DNA of 64,000 bases from Thermoanaerobaculia bacterium (GCA_963664405.1 OY761158.1:1504001-1568000); one strand, 5' to 3'. Positions 20,228-29,706 are shown, counted from the first letter of the stretch. Numbers and translations: made by a program. The notes: generated by a model not told the origin, from the sequence alone.

Positions 20228-21076
20228 GTGATCACCGGCATGCCTCGTATCGCTATCGCTGTCCACGACTTTCCAAAGACCGTTTCCACCTTCCGGGAAA
20301 AGTTGGGAATGCCAGTCATCGACTTCTCGGAGAGTAGCGTCGAGAGCCTGGGCGCGCAGCTGGGAATGTGCGTGCCACCCGGGGGAAGCAACATCGAGCT
20401 CATGTCGCCATCCAACCCCGAGGCACCTCTCAGTCAGAGTCTGCAAAAGTTTCTGGATCGCCGCGGCGAGGGCCCATTCGCGCTCATGCTGGAAGCCCCG
20501 GATCCGGACGCCGAGGCGGAGGACCTCCGCGGGCGCGGTCTCGATGTGCTCCCGCTGATGGGCGGCGCCGGCGGGCGCGACGTGCATCCGAGATCGACCC
20601 ACGGCGTCCTCATCCGTGTCTACCCGGTCAGCTCGTTCGAGGGAGAGGCAAAGCCGGAAGACGAGGGCGATTCGCTGGGGCTCTCGGGAATCGCTCGAGT
20701 CATCGTCGCGGTCAATGACCTGGAGCATGCCGCCGCCGTCTATGGAGCCAAGTTCGCAATGGGCATCGGGGACTCCGCTATCGACAACAATCGAGGTGTG
20801 AGGTCCGCGATCTGCACTCCACCGACCGGGGGCGTGATCGAGCTCGTATCGGTGGAGAACCCAGAGCGTCCATTCGCAAGGTCTATCGCAGATTTCTTGG
20901 AAAGCAATCGAGAGGGTATGTTCGCACTGGTCTTGAATTCCCCCGATCCGCGACATTCTGCGGAGGCTCTTGCAGACCGAGGACTGGACGTCGGCGTGTC
21001 CGCGGACTCAGATGCAGCTGTCGAGATCGCACGAAGCTCTACCTTCGGCGCACTCATTCGGATTGAGGCGATCTAG
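20228..21076 (+). CDS. Two-domain VOC (glyoxalase/methylmalonyl-CoA epimerase-like) protein
   Basis: Repeated IAIAVHD..IELM..FLDRRGEG and VIVAVND..IELV..FLESNREG. Confidence 0.85.
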   Translation: MITGMPRIAIAVHDFPKTVSTFREKLGMPVIDFSESSVESLGAQLGMCVPPGGSNIELMSPSNPEAPLSQSLQKFLDRRGEGPFALMLEAPDPDAEAEDLRGRGLDVLPLMGGAGGRDVHPRSTHGVLIRVYPVSSFEGEAKPEDEGDSLGLSGIARVIVAVNDLEHAAAVYGAKFAMGIGDSAIDNNRGVRSAICTPPTGGVIELVSVENPERPFARSIADFLESNREGMFALVLNSPDPRHSAEALADRGLDVGVSADSDAAVEIARSSTFGALIRIEAI

Positions 21077-21097
21077 CAGAAATACCCCTTCGTCTCG

Positions 21098-21264
21098 CTA
21101 GTGTCCCGTGTGGGAAGTTCGTTGACCACCGAGAGCGTCGAGGCGCCCGCTGGGCAAGGCGCTCCGAGGCAGGCATAGCTGGGACTCTGTCGACGAGGAG
21201 CAACGCCGCCCAGCGGGATGCATCGGCGCTCGAATGGCAACGAACTTCCCGCACGGGACACTAG
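21098..21264. mobile_element. MITE-like element, 167 bp, with 27-bp terminal inverted repeats beginning and ending in CTAG
   Basis: The left end CTAGTGTCCCGTGTGGGAAGTTCGTTG matches the reverse complement of the right end with 1 mismatch. Internal complementary arms (CCCGCTGGGC/GCCCAGCGGG). Lies between convergent genes. Confidence 0.8.
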
Positions 21265-21280
21265 GGCGCCTACGCCGTGG

Positions 21281-22126
21281 TTAGCGCTTCTCTTCGGCCA
21301 GCTGGGCCAGATACAGCTTCTCGTAGTGCTCGATGGCCGCGAGATACCCCTCCGGATCGACGAAGGTGTCGGGGCTGTAGGCCTGTCCCGCCTTGTACTT
21401 CTCATGCATCGCGTACATTCCTGCGTGCGCCGAGACCCAGACGTCCACCTTTAGCGCCTTCTGCTTGCGAAAGGTCTCGGCGAAATCCTCCGCCACCCCG
21501 GGGTAGGTCGGGTCGACCCACAGCTTCTTTCCCTTGTTGATCGTGCCCATGTTCGCGATCGCCACATCGTAGTCGCGTCGGCCCTCGCGCACCTTCATGG
21601 TGTAGCTCGAGCTGCCCTCAGTATGACCGGGAGTCTCGACCACGGTGAGGCGCGTCTTGCCGAGCTTGATGACCTCGCCGTCTTTGATGATCCGGTCAAC
21701 CCCGATCGGCTTGAAGGTCTCCTTGCCGCCGAAGTGCGGATCGCTGAAGCCACCGTCCGCCAGCACCCGCGCGTCGGCGGCGGTCGCCCACATCTCGGCG
21801 CCGGTGATCTCCTTGATCTCCGCCAGGGCGGCGGTGTGATCCCAGTGCGACTGCATGGTCAGGAGGATCTCGATGTCCTCCATCCGGAAGCCCACCGATT
21901 CGATGTTCTCGCGGATCATCGCCGTCGACTCCTCGACGCCGGTATTGATCAGGATGTGACCCTTGCCGGTAGTGATCAGAAAGACGCCAAGATCGTAAGA
22001 ACCGACCGCATAGAGGTTGCCGATCACACGATGGCCGGGGAAGGGCTTCGTCCACCCTTCTCGCTGAGCGCTCAGAGGCACGGTCAGGGCAAGCGCCAGC
22101 CAAAAAGTCACGAGGTGTTGTCGCAT
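21281..22126 (-). CDS. Subclass B3 metallo-beta-lactamase-like protein (Q-x-H-x-D-H variant)
   Basis: Signal peptide; PFPGHRVIGNLYAVG, GHILINTG, MQSHWDH, TPGHTEG, WVSAH. Confidence 0.88.
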   Translation of the reverse strand: MRQHLVTFWLALALTVPLSAQREGWTKPFPGHRVIGNLYAVGSYDLGVFLITTGKGHILINTGVEESTAMIRENIESVGFRMEDIEILLTMQSHWDHTAALAEIKEITGAEMWATAADARVLADGGFSDPHFGGKETFKPIGVDRIIKDGEVIKLGKTRLTVVETPGHTEGSSSYTMKVREGRRDYDVAIANMGTINKGKKLWVDPTYPGVAEDFAETFRKQKALKVDVWVSAHAGMYAMHEKYKAGQAYSPDTFVDPEGYLAAIEHYEKLYLAQLAEEKR

Positions 22127-22171
22127 ACCGCAAGTATTGCGCTTCAACCTCGGCATCTCAACCAGGCCGCC

Positions 22172-23164
22172 TCACTCCTTCTCGATCAGGTGCGCGTCGA
22201 TTCCGTAGTGGTCGACCTCGTCCAGGACCGCCTTCATCGGAGCGAGCCTTCTGCGACCGGCCGCGACTCGAGGATCCTCAACCGGATCGGAGAGTGTCCG
22301 ACCCAGAAACTCGAAGGCGACGCGCATCCGTGGGCCCAACGACGGGCCGATGTGGTCTGCGCCCAGATAGAGGTGATACTCGTGGCGAACCTTGTTGTCC
22401 CACAGCACCTCGTGGAGGAACTGCGTCGCTTCGTGGAGCCAGTACATGTCCTCGTCGCCGGCGTCGAGCATGATCTTGAGACCGGAGGAGCGGATCTTCT
22501 CCGCGTCGTTGGCGACGATCCAGGCCGGGTTGTTGGCGGCGTAGTACTCCTTGTCGATAGGCTTTCCGAAGGCTTGCTCCATTAGGGCATCGGAGCGCCA
22601 GAAGCGGTGCTTGGGCCGGATCTCGTCCCACTCCATGACCGGGTCTGTGCCCGGCTCCATGCCCGCCACCGCCCCGAACTTCTCCGGATACTTGAACGCC
22701 AGACGCAACGACCCCATGCCCCCCATCGAAGCCCCGGTCAGCATGGTGCCGCGAGCGTCGCTACGCAGATTGAAGCGCTGGCGCAGGTTATCGAGGAAGG
22801 GCCCGATCAAGAAGGTCTCCCACTGCTGCGAGCCGTCTTTGAGATCGAGGTAAAAACCTCGCTTCAGGGCCGACGGCATGATCACGACCAACGGCGGGAT
22901 GCGCTCTTCGTCCCAGAGCTCGTCCCAGATCGACTGTTGATCTCTTAGCCTTTCGCAGTCGCCCCCGCCGCCATGAAGGTTGATCACCAGAGGATAGGGA
23001 GCCGCGTCGGTCGAATAGCCCGGCGGGAGCAGTGCGTAGTACTCGACAGGGCTCCGCACCAGATCGGTTTCGATCTGCCCCGAGACCAGCTCGCTCGCAG
23101 TCCCTGTTCCAGCCAGCAAGAAGAGAGCACCCGAGACCAAGGTTCTTCGCGACAAGAGCTTCAT
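22172..23164 (-). CDS. Secreted alpha/beta-hydrolase (esterase family)
   Basis: LLPPGY, LHGGGG, GASMGG nucleophile elbow, DAGDED, GADH. Confidence 0.88.
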   Translation of the reverse strand: MKLLSRRTLVSGALFLLAGTGTASELVSGQIETDLVRSPVEYYALLPPGYSTDAAPYPLVINLHGGGGDCERLRDQQSIWDELWDEERIPPLVVIMPSALKRGFYLDLKDGSQQWETFLIGPFLDNLRQRFNLRSDARGTMLTGASMGGMGSLRLAFKYPEKFGAVAGMEPGTDPVMEWDEIRPKHRFWRSDALMEQAFGKPIDKEYYAANNPAWIVANDAEKIRSSGLKIMLDAGDEDMYWLHEATQFLHEVLWDNKVRHEYHLYLGADHIGPSLGPRMRVAFEFLGRTLSDPVEDPRVAAGRRRLAPMKAVLDEVDHYGIDAHLIEKE

Positions 23165-23262
23165 ACCTCCCCCTTTCGAGCTTTGCCGAAGGTTCCGGAT
23201 GCGCCGTCCTCGGCGCCAAACAACAACTAGCCGGGGGAAATGATATTGATCATTTTCTCCGG

Positions 23263-24516
23263 CTAGGCAAACGCGCCGAGAGTCGGAAAGTCACCTTTGA
23301 GAACGGCGTCGGCGCCGTCGAAGCCCATCCACTCCTCGATCATCGTGGCGTAGACCGACCGGAAGTCGGTGGTGACCTTCAGATTGCCATTCTGATCCAG
23401 ATCCTCGAGGCTGGGGAAACCGCCATACCAGCCACCCTTCACCTGCTTGCCGAGAATGTACATGGGTCCCGCGGTGCCGTGATCGGTACCCCCGCTGGCG
23501 TTCTCGTTGACCCGCCGACCGAACTCGGAGAAGACCATGATGGCGATGTCGTCCGCCCGTCCGATCCGCTCCATGTCGTCGAGGAAGGCACGTAGCGCGT
23601 CGGTGGCGTAGAGCACGTAGGAGCGCAGCGTCAGCGCCTGGTTGGCATGGGTATCCCAACCGCCCATGCTGGCGTAGTAGATCCGGGTGGGAAAGCCACT
23701 GTCGATGAGCGCCGCCACGTGCTCGAGGTCGTTCTGCAGCGCGCCCACTCCCCCATAGTCGATGACAGTCTTGTACTCGGCGCACGCATCCTTGACCAGG
23801 GAGGAGCTGTCGGTGGCGACGGCATCGATGTTGTTGAGGAAGGAGAGGGTCGGGTTCGCCACCTCGACATCCTCGGTCATTCGTACGAGAGCGGCTCGCT
23901 GGGCGCTGCTCACCTCGCGCTGGAACTTCTCGGGATCGCTGAAGGTGATCGGCGCGTGGAGCCCGCTGCGCACCGCCAAGCTCTCCTTGGTGCCGACGTT
24001 GACGATGAACTGCTTCGGCGCATCGGGCCTCGCGTCGTCGGCGAAGCGCCCCAGCCAACCGCGGGAATCAGAGCCGTTGGGAACCGCGGTGTGCCAGTAC
24101 TCCATCGAGGAGAAGTGCGAAAGGCTCGAGTTGTCATAGCCGCAACCGTTGACCACCGCCATCTTGCCGTCCTTGAAGAGGCGCTCGAAACCGGGGGCGC
24201 GGGGGTGGAAGCCGAAGTCGTCGCTCACTCGAAGCGCCTCGCTCTTGGGGATCGCAAGTGTGGGGCGCGACCGGTAGTAATGATCGTTCTCGATCGGTAC
24301 CAGCACGCTCAAGCCATCGATCCCCCCTGCGAGCTCGACGACGATGAGAATCCGCTCGTTCTCCTGCTTGCCGGATCGAGCCTGCGCGGCGAGAGCAGCG
24401 CCGGCCTGCTGCAGGAAGCCCGGCAGCGTCGCCGAGACACCGAGACCGACGAGGCCGCTGCGCAGAAGCTCCCGACGGGTGCAGGAGCAATTATGGGGTC
24501 TCAAGATGTTTGCCAT
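23263..24516 (-). CDS. DUF1501 domain protein (Tat signal)
   Basis: TRRELL, LAGGIDGL, SHF, GGWDTH, SEFGRR, GTDHG, TTDFRSVY. Confidence 0.92.
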   Translation of the reverse strand: MANILRPHNCSCTRRELLRSGLVGLGVSATLPGFLQQAGAALAAQARSGKQENERILIVVELAGGIDGLSVLVPIENDHYYRSRPTLAIPKSEALRVSDDFGFHPRAPGFERLFKDGKMAVVNGCGYDNSSLSHFSSMEYWHTAVPNGSDSRGWLGRFADDARPDAPKQFIVNVGTKESLAVRSGLHAPITFSDPEKFQREVSSAQRAALVRMTEDVEVANPTLSFLNNIDAVATDSSSLVKDACAEYKTVIDYGGVGALQNDLEHVAALIDSGFPTRIYYASMGGWDTHANQALTLRSYVLYATDALRAFLDDMERIGRADDIAIMVFSEFGRRVNENASGGTDHGTAGPMYILGKQVKGGWYGGFPSLEDLDQNGNLKVTTDFRSVYATMIEEWMGFDGADAVLKGDFPTLGAFA

Positions 24517-24559
24517 TCTCGGTTCACCTCCCTGCCGAGGCCGATCGCACGCTGGCGCT

Positions 24560-26344
24560 TCAACTGAGCTGGTACTCCGGGACACTGATAATCAAGTGAA
24601 GCAGGCTGCGCAGAGTCTCCTCCGTACTCTCCGCCTGGTAGTCGATCGTCGCCTCGCCGAGCTCTGTCGCAACAAAGTCGAGCATTGCACCCCGCCTTTG
24701 CGCTGAAAGCGGCACACGTAGGAAGCGGCCGGCAAGGTAGTCGACCGCCTCTTCTCCGGTCTGTACCTCCGCACTGCGTAGGAGACTGGAGAGATCAAAC
24801 ACGGCCGCTTGCCGGTCGAGCCTGACGGTGCGGCTGGCACGTCGCCGGCCCGCCCGGGAAGCCTGGGGAGAGTTGTACTCCTCGCTCTCGTTGAAGCGGG
24901 TCGACTTGCCCGAAGAGATCTCCGCCATCGTACTCATAGCGGCGCCCCCCCCGCCGCCCCCTGGAGGCGACACTCGCTCAGGAAAGAGCGCCTGGCCCAG
25001 ATAGTTGGCCCTGCCGATCAGAGTCGCCGGGTTGATCCAGGTGCGACCGCCGGACCAGCCGGCGACGTTGGGCGGAAAGAAAAGCTCCTGGCCCTGGATC
25101 TGGCAGAAGGAGCGAAAGTCGGGAGTCCCGGGGATCGCGTCGAGGCCGAGCTTGCGGAAGGAGGACACGGCCAGCACCACCGGGCTCTTGACCTGGGTTG
25201 CAAAGGAGGCGGGGCTGTAGAAGTCGCGCGACAGGAAGAGTGTGGTCAAGAAGGGCTTGAGCTCGTAGTCGTTGTCTCGAAGCACCCGCGCCAAGGCCGA
25301 GTGCAGCTCAGGAGTGAGCTCCTCTCGCGAGAAGTAGCGATAGAGCTTGCCGGCGATGAATCGGGCGGCGGCCTCCTGCCCGAGGATGAGATCGATCACA
25401 TCGTAGCCGTCGAAATTACCCCTGTGACCGAAGATCGTCTTTTCAGCGGCGTCGTGGTTCTCCTTGCGGTCGACGAAACTCAGGTGCTCGCTGGTCCATC
25501 CGGTGAACGCCCGAGCGGCCTCGCGGATGTCCTCTTCGGTGTAGTTGCCGACGCCGAGGGCGAAGAGCTCCATGATCTCCCTGGCGAAGTTCTCGTTGGG
25601 GTGCTCCTTGACGTTGAGCCGATTGTCGAGCCACCACACCATTGCCGGGTCCTGGGACATGGCGACCAGGAGGTCCCGAAAGCCGGAGGTGGCGAGACGG
25701 CGCGAGGTCTCGTTCTGTCGCACCATGCGCTTGTAGTAGCGCAGCTTCTGGTTCGAGGTAGCGAAGTGGTCGTGCCAGAAGAGGGTCATGCGCTCTTCGA
25801 GCGGGCGCGGTGTCACCACCATTCGGCTGGCCCACCAGTGGGCGTAGCGCACCATCTCCAACTGGTCGGCCCAGAGCAGAAAGTAGCTGCGCTCGGCCAC
25901 CGGCTGCAGCCGCATCGGCCCCGACGCAGCGACCTTGACTCCTAGCGCCTCGCCGCTGCGCCGGGCTTCCGGTAGAGCCTCTCGCACGCCAAGCATGTAG
26001 GGCTCGACGCCGTCGGGATAGATGCCGGTCTCTTGGAAGGCGGGTAGGTCGCTGGCATCGATCTTCTCGTAGTGGACGAGATACCGAACGGCCTCGGCGG
26101 GCGTCATCGCCGTCAGATGCTCGATCTCGGCCGGAGCTCCACCGAATCCAGCGCGCTCGAGAAGATGACCGGCGCGGGCGTACGACCAGTCGGCGGCAGT
26201 GATCGGCGCAAGATCGCCGACCCACGATGACGGCCCGGCTCCTCGCTCGAAAAACTGCGGCCCGGCGGCGCCGGCGGGGGCGATCAAGGCCAGGCCGAGA
26301 CCGAAGACAGGCAATCGCAGCATGAGGATGGCTCCCAGAGACAA
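24560..26344 (-). CDS. DUF1800 domain protein
   Basis: HLLERAGFG, ERMTLFWHDHFATS, PNENFAREIMELF, PPNVAGW, PEYQL. Confidence 0.92.
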   Translation of the reverse strand: MSLGAILMLRLPVFGLGLALIAPAGAAGPQFFERGAGPSSWVGDLAPITAADWSYARAGHLLERAGFGGAPAEIEHLTAMTPAEAVRYLVHYEKIDASDLPAFQETGIYPDGVEPYMLGVREALPEARRSGEALGVKVAASGPMRLQPVAERSYFLLWADQLEMVRYAHWWASRMVVTPRPLEERMTLFWHDHFATSNQKLRYYKRMVRQNETSRRLATSGFRDLLVAMSQDPAMVWWLDNRLNVKEHPNENFAREIMELFALGVGNYTEEDIREAARAFTGWTSEHLSFVDRKENHDAAEKTIFGHRGNFDGYDVIDLILGQEAAARFIAGKLYRYFSREELTPELHSALARVLRDNDYELKPFLTTLFLSRDFYSPASFATQVKSPVVLAVSSFRKLGLDAIPGTPDFRSFCQIQGQELFFPPNVAGWSGGRTWINPATLIGRANYLGQALFPERVSPPGGGGGGAAMSTMAEISSGKSTRFNESEEYNSPQASRAGRRRASRTVRLDRQAAVFDLSSLLRSAEVQTGEEAVDYLAGRFLRVPLSAQRRGAMLDFVATELGEATIDYQAESTEETLRSLLHLIISVPEYQLS

Positions 26345-26430
26345 GCGGAAACGGTGTTTCCGATGGAGGACGGTGCCTAGAATCTACGCCCGATGGCGCG
26401 CGCCCGTCAACTTCGGGTCCCAGCGGCCCT

Positions 26431-27750
26431 TCAATCAGCGATGGCCTGATACGTCAAGTTGCGGAACTCGGTTCCGTAGTCGAGCCCGGCATGGGGAATG
26501 ATCTGGATCATGAAGATGCCGATCAACTCCTCGACGGGGTCGATCCAGAAGCGAGTTCCCGCAGCGCCTCCCCAATTGTAGGTGCCCACGCTCCCCAGAG
26601 CTCCATACTCGCCGAGATCGGTGAGCACGGAAAAGCCGAGACCGAAACCATGCCCCGCTCGGCCGTGGCCCGGAATGTCGCCCAGATGGTCGGTGGTCAT
26701 CAGCTCCACCGACTTGCGCGACAGAATCCGTTTGCCGTCGAGGGTGCCGCCGTTGAGCATCATCTGCGCGAAGCGTAGGTAGTCGTGGGCGGTGGAAGCG
26801 AGCCCTCCACCCCCGGAAAAGAAGGTGGCGCCTTCGCGATATCCGTCGTCGGCACGCTCCGCCGGCGCCGGCACCAGCGGCTTCTTGCCGGAGCGAGCGC
26901 GCAGGAAGACGTCGCTTGAATCGGTCGTACCCTCGGGCGAGTAGAGAACGGCGAAGCGATCCTGCTTCGCATCGGGCACCACGAAGCCGGTATCGCGCAT
27001 CCCCAGGGGGCCGAGGATCCTCTCTTCGAGAAACCGATCGAAGCTCTGCCCGGAGATCACCTCGATGAGCCGGCCCTGCACGTCTACTGCAACGCTGTAA
27101 TGCCAACGAGTGCCCGGCTCGAAGCGTAGCGGCAATTGGCCAAGCTTCTCCACCGTCTCGGCGATGTTCTTGTCCTCCCGCAACACCCCCTGTTCTCGGT
27201 ACATGCGGTCGACCTTGGTGTCGCCGAAGAAGCCGTAGGTCATTCCCGCGGTGTGGCGCAGCAGGTCGCGAATGGTGATCGGCCGGCGCGCGGGGTGAGT
27301 GCGCACCGTGGTCTCCTCGCTACCGCGGCGCCTCTCTTCTTCCATCACCTGGAGCTTCGCCAGTTCCGGCAGGTACTCGGACACCGGATCGCTGAGCTGG
27401 AAGTGACCCTCTTCGTGAAGAATCATCACCCCGACACTGGTGATCGGCTTGGACATCGAATAGATGCGAAAGATGTCGTCATCGCGCATCTTGACCTTGC
27501 CCTCGCGGTCGGCCCAGCCCCAGCTTTGGAGGTAGGCGACCTTGCCTCGACGCGCGATCAGCGCCATCGCGCCGGGGATCTCTCCAGAGGCGACATAGGC
27601 CTGCATGTGCTCGCCGATGCGGGCGAGGCGCTCCGAAGAGAGGCCGACCGCCTCGGGCTCGACGGTCTCCAGGCCGTTGCCCAGAGCCGGGGCTGCGAGG
27701 AAGAGCACAAAAGAGAGGGGTGCGAAAACGGTGATCAGTGTTCGCTTCAT
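26431..27750 (-). CDS. Serine hydrolase (beta-lactamase/PBP-like esterase family)
   Basis: FRIYSMSK (SxxK), DLLRHTAG, WHYS, PLGM, WGGAAGT; start at MKRTLIT. Confidence 0.92.
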   Translation of the reverse strand: MKRTLITVFAPLSFVLFLAAPALGNGLETVEPEAVGLSSERLARIGEHMQAYVASGEIPGAMALIARRGKVAYLQSWGWADREGKVKMRDDDIFRIYSMSKPITSVGVMILHEEGHFQLSDPVSEYLPELAKLQVMEEERRRGSEETTVRTHPARRPITIRDLLRHTAGMTYGFFGDTKVDRMYREQGVLREDKNIAETVEKLGQLPLRFEPGTRWHYSVAVDVQGRLIEVISGQSFDRFLEERILGPLGMRDTGFVVPDAKQDRFAVLYSPEGTTDSSDVFLRARSGKKPLVPAPAERADDGYREGATFFSGGGGLASTAHDYLRFAQMMLNGGTLDGKRILSRKSVELMTTDHLGDIPGHGRAGHGFGLGFSVLTDLGEYGALGSVGTYNWGGAAGTRFWIDPVEELIGIFMIQIIPHAGLDYGTEFRNLTYQAIAD

Positions 27751-27936
27751 GGCGTTCTCCAAAAGTAGAGAGAGGTGATCTTGGAGGATCGAATCTACGC
27801 CCCTTCGCCCCGCCGGGCAACTCACTAAGGCCGCTTCCCCCATCCGCCTATCCGCGCCGTTCGGCGATCTTCGCTAGACTCCCATAGGAGGCAGCGTTCC
27901 AAGGTTGGTCTCAGCCTCCCAAATCGGAGCCCTGTC

Positions 27937-29313
27937 CTGAGCGAAGTCAAAATCTGCGACGTTTCTCTGCGCGACGGCATGCAGGTGATGAACCGGCACG
28001 CGATCATCCCGCTCGAAGCGCGCCTGCAGCTGGTCGACGCTCTGATCCGCGCCAATGTTCCCTACATCGAGGTCGGCTCGTTCGTGAATCCTCGAGTGGT
28101 ACCTGCGATGGCCGACACGCCCGAGATGCTGCGCCAGATGCCTCCCTACGACGGCCAGATCGCCTGTCTGGTGCCCAGCCTCAAGTACTACGAAGAGTTG
28201 AAGCAGGCAGAGCGTGTCAACACTGTTGCGCTCTTCGTCTCCGCCTCCGAAGACTACGCCCGTAAGAACACGCGCATGACCGTCGACGAGGCGGTCGACG
28301 CGGCGGCCAAGGTCGCCGAGGCGGCTCGCGCCGACGGCTACCGTATCCGCGGCTACGTTTCGTTCGCTTTTCGCGACCCCTCGCTGCCCGAGAGTCGAAT
28401 GCCCGAAGAGCAGGTCGAGCGCATCACTCGACGCCTCATCGACATGGGCTGTGAGGCGGTCGCTCTCTCCGACACCGACGGCCTGGCCTCACCGCGAGAA
28501 ATGCAGCGTGTCATCGGCCACATTCGCAACGAGATCGGCCTCGAGCACATCGCCGTTCACCTCCACGACCGCAGAGGGCTCGGCATCACCAACGCATACT
28601 CCGCCTATCAGCAGGGCGTGCGAATCTTCGACGCCTCGATCGGCGGTATCGGCGGTGCGATCACGGTGCGTCACTCGATCGGCAACATCTCGACCGAAGA
28701 GCTGGTATGCATGTTCGACAGTATCGGCGTCGAAACCGGAATCGACGTCGAGCCTCTGATCGAGGCGGGATGTCGTGTCTCGCAGATGGCCGACTTCGTT
28801 GGCGACCCGCCGCCACCCAGTCGCATCATCCTCGACGAGCTCGCCAAGCGGCGGGCCGAGGCCGAAGAGACCGAGGGCATCGAGGCGGATCTCAGTCTGA
28901 AAGATCTCGTCAGCTCTCTCTTGCGTACCCTCGGCAAGCGCCCCCAGACCTTGTCTGTCGAGGCAGTCAGCCACACTCTGACCGACGCGGGCAAGCAGGT
29001 GCATCGCTTCCTCCACGCCCCCACCAACCGCGCCGCGGTGCTGTTCAGCCTCGCCTTGATGGTCGGGGTATCCGGGATCGGGGCGCTCTTCGTCAGAATC
29101 CTCCCTACTGACTGGGTCGCCCGAAGCGAAGTCATTGCCATCACACTCTTCAGCCTGGTCATGGTGCTCTTAGTCGGGGGCGCCTTGACCATGCTCCTCG
29201 TCGAAGGCCTACGTCTGCCGCAGAAGATGACGGCGGACGAGCGTGAGATCGTGCGCAGTGCGGTCACCGGTATTCTCGACGAGCTCGACGGAGCGAGCGA
29301 GCCAGGCAGCTAG
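27937..29313 (+). CDS. HMG-CoA lyase family (DRE-TIM metallolyase) with a C-terminal two-TM extension
   Basis: VKICDVSLRDG lies upstream of the track ATG (probable CTG start at 27937 after GGAG); IEVGSFV, LSDTDG, HLHD, GGIGG, GNISTEELV; then about 140 aa with two hydrophobic helices. Confidence 0.85.
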   Translation: MSEVKICDVSLRDGMQVMNRHAIIPLEARLQLVDALIRANVPYIEVGSFVNPRVVPAMADTPEMLRQMPPYDGQIACLVPSLKYYEELKQAERVNTVALFVSASEDYARKNTRMTVDEAVDAAAKVAEAARADGYRIRGYVSFAFRDPSLPESRMPEEQVERITRRLIDMGCEAVALSDTDGLASPREMQRVIGHIRNEIGLEHIAVHLHDRRGLGITNAYSAYQQGVRIFDASIGGIGGAITVRHSIGNISTEELVCMFDSIGVETGIDVEPLIEAGCRVSQMADFVGDPPPPSRIILDELAKRRAEAEETEGIEADLSLKDLVSSLLRTLGKRPQTLSVEAVSHTLTDAGKQVHRFLHAPTNRAAVLFSLALMVGVSGIGALFVRILPTDWVARSEVIAITLFSLVMVLLVGGALTMLLVEGLRLPQKMTADEREIVRSAVTGILDELDGASEPGS

Positions 29314-29319
29314 AGGTTA

Positions 29320-29706
29320 ATGATGGCCGAAGAGAACTCGCCGACGACCGAACGGGACCGCTCGAAAGAGCTCGCATTCCACGAGCACGCCAAAGACCAG
29401 TTGACGCAGCAGATCCGCACTTACGGCCAGGAGCTGATCCGTGAATCGGTATCGACAGCCCGCGCCCAGAAACACCCTCTCGTCCAGCAGAAGGATGTTC
29501 AGCAGGCGGCGCACCGACTTCACACCGAGTTCCGCAATCGAACCGCCGTGCTGCTGCAGTTCATGGGCGCCGGCCTCATCGGCGTCTTCCTGCAAGGCTT
29601 CGCTATCGAAATGCTCGCCGAGAACCCCAATCTGTGGGCGGTCGTGGTCTACGTCGTGGTCGGCTTCGCCGGCCTCTTCGGCGTCTTCTGGTCCCTGATT
29701 CGCTAG
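29320..29706 (+). CDS. Small membrane protein with a histone-fold-like N-terminal segment and two TM helices
   Basis: Residues ~19-67 align by eye without gaps to archaeal HMf L1-alpha2-L2-alpha3; two C-terminal hydrophobic helices; starts 6 nt after the lyase stop. Confidence 0.7.
   Translation: MMAEENSPTTERDRSKELAFHEHAKDQLTQQIRTYGQELIRESVSTARAQKHPLVQQKDVQQAAHRLHTEFRNRTAVLLQFMGAGLIGVFLQGFAIEMLAENPNLWAVVVYVVVGFAGLFGVFWSLIR

Noticed and set aside
26431-27750. Class C beta-lactamase resistance gene
   Set aside because: Motifs fit the broad esterase-type serine hydrolase family; no AmpC-type KTG seen.
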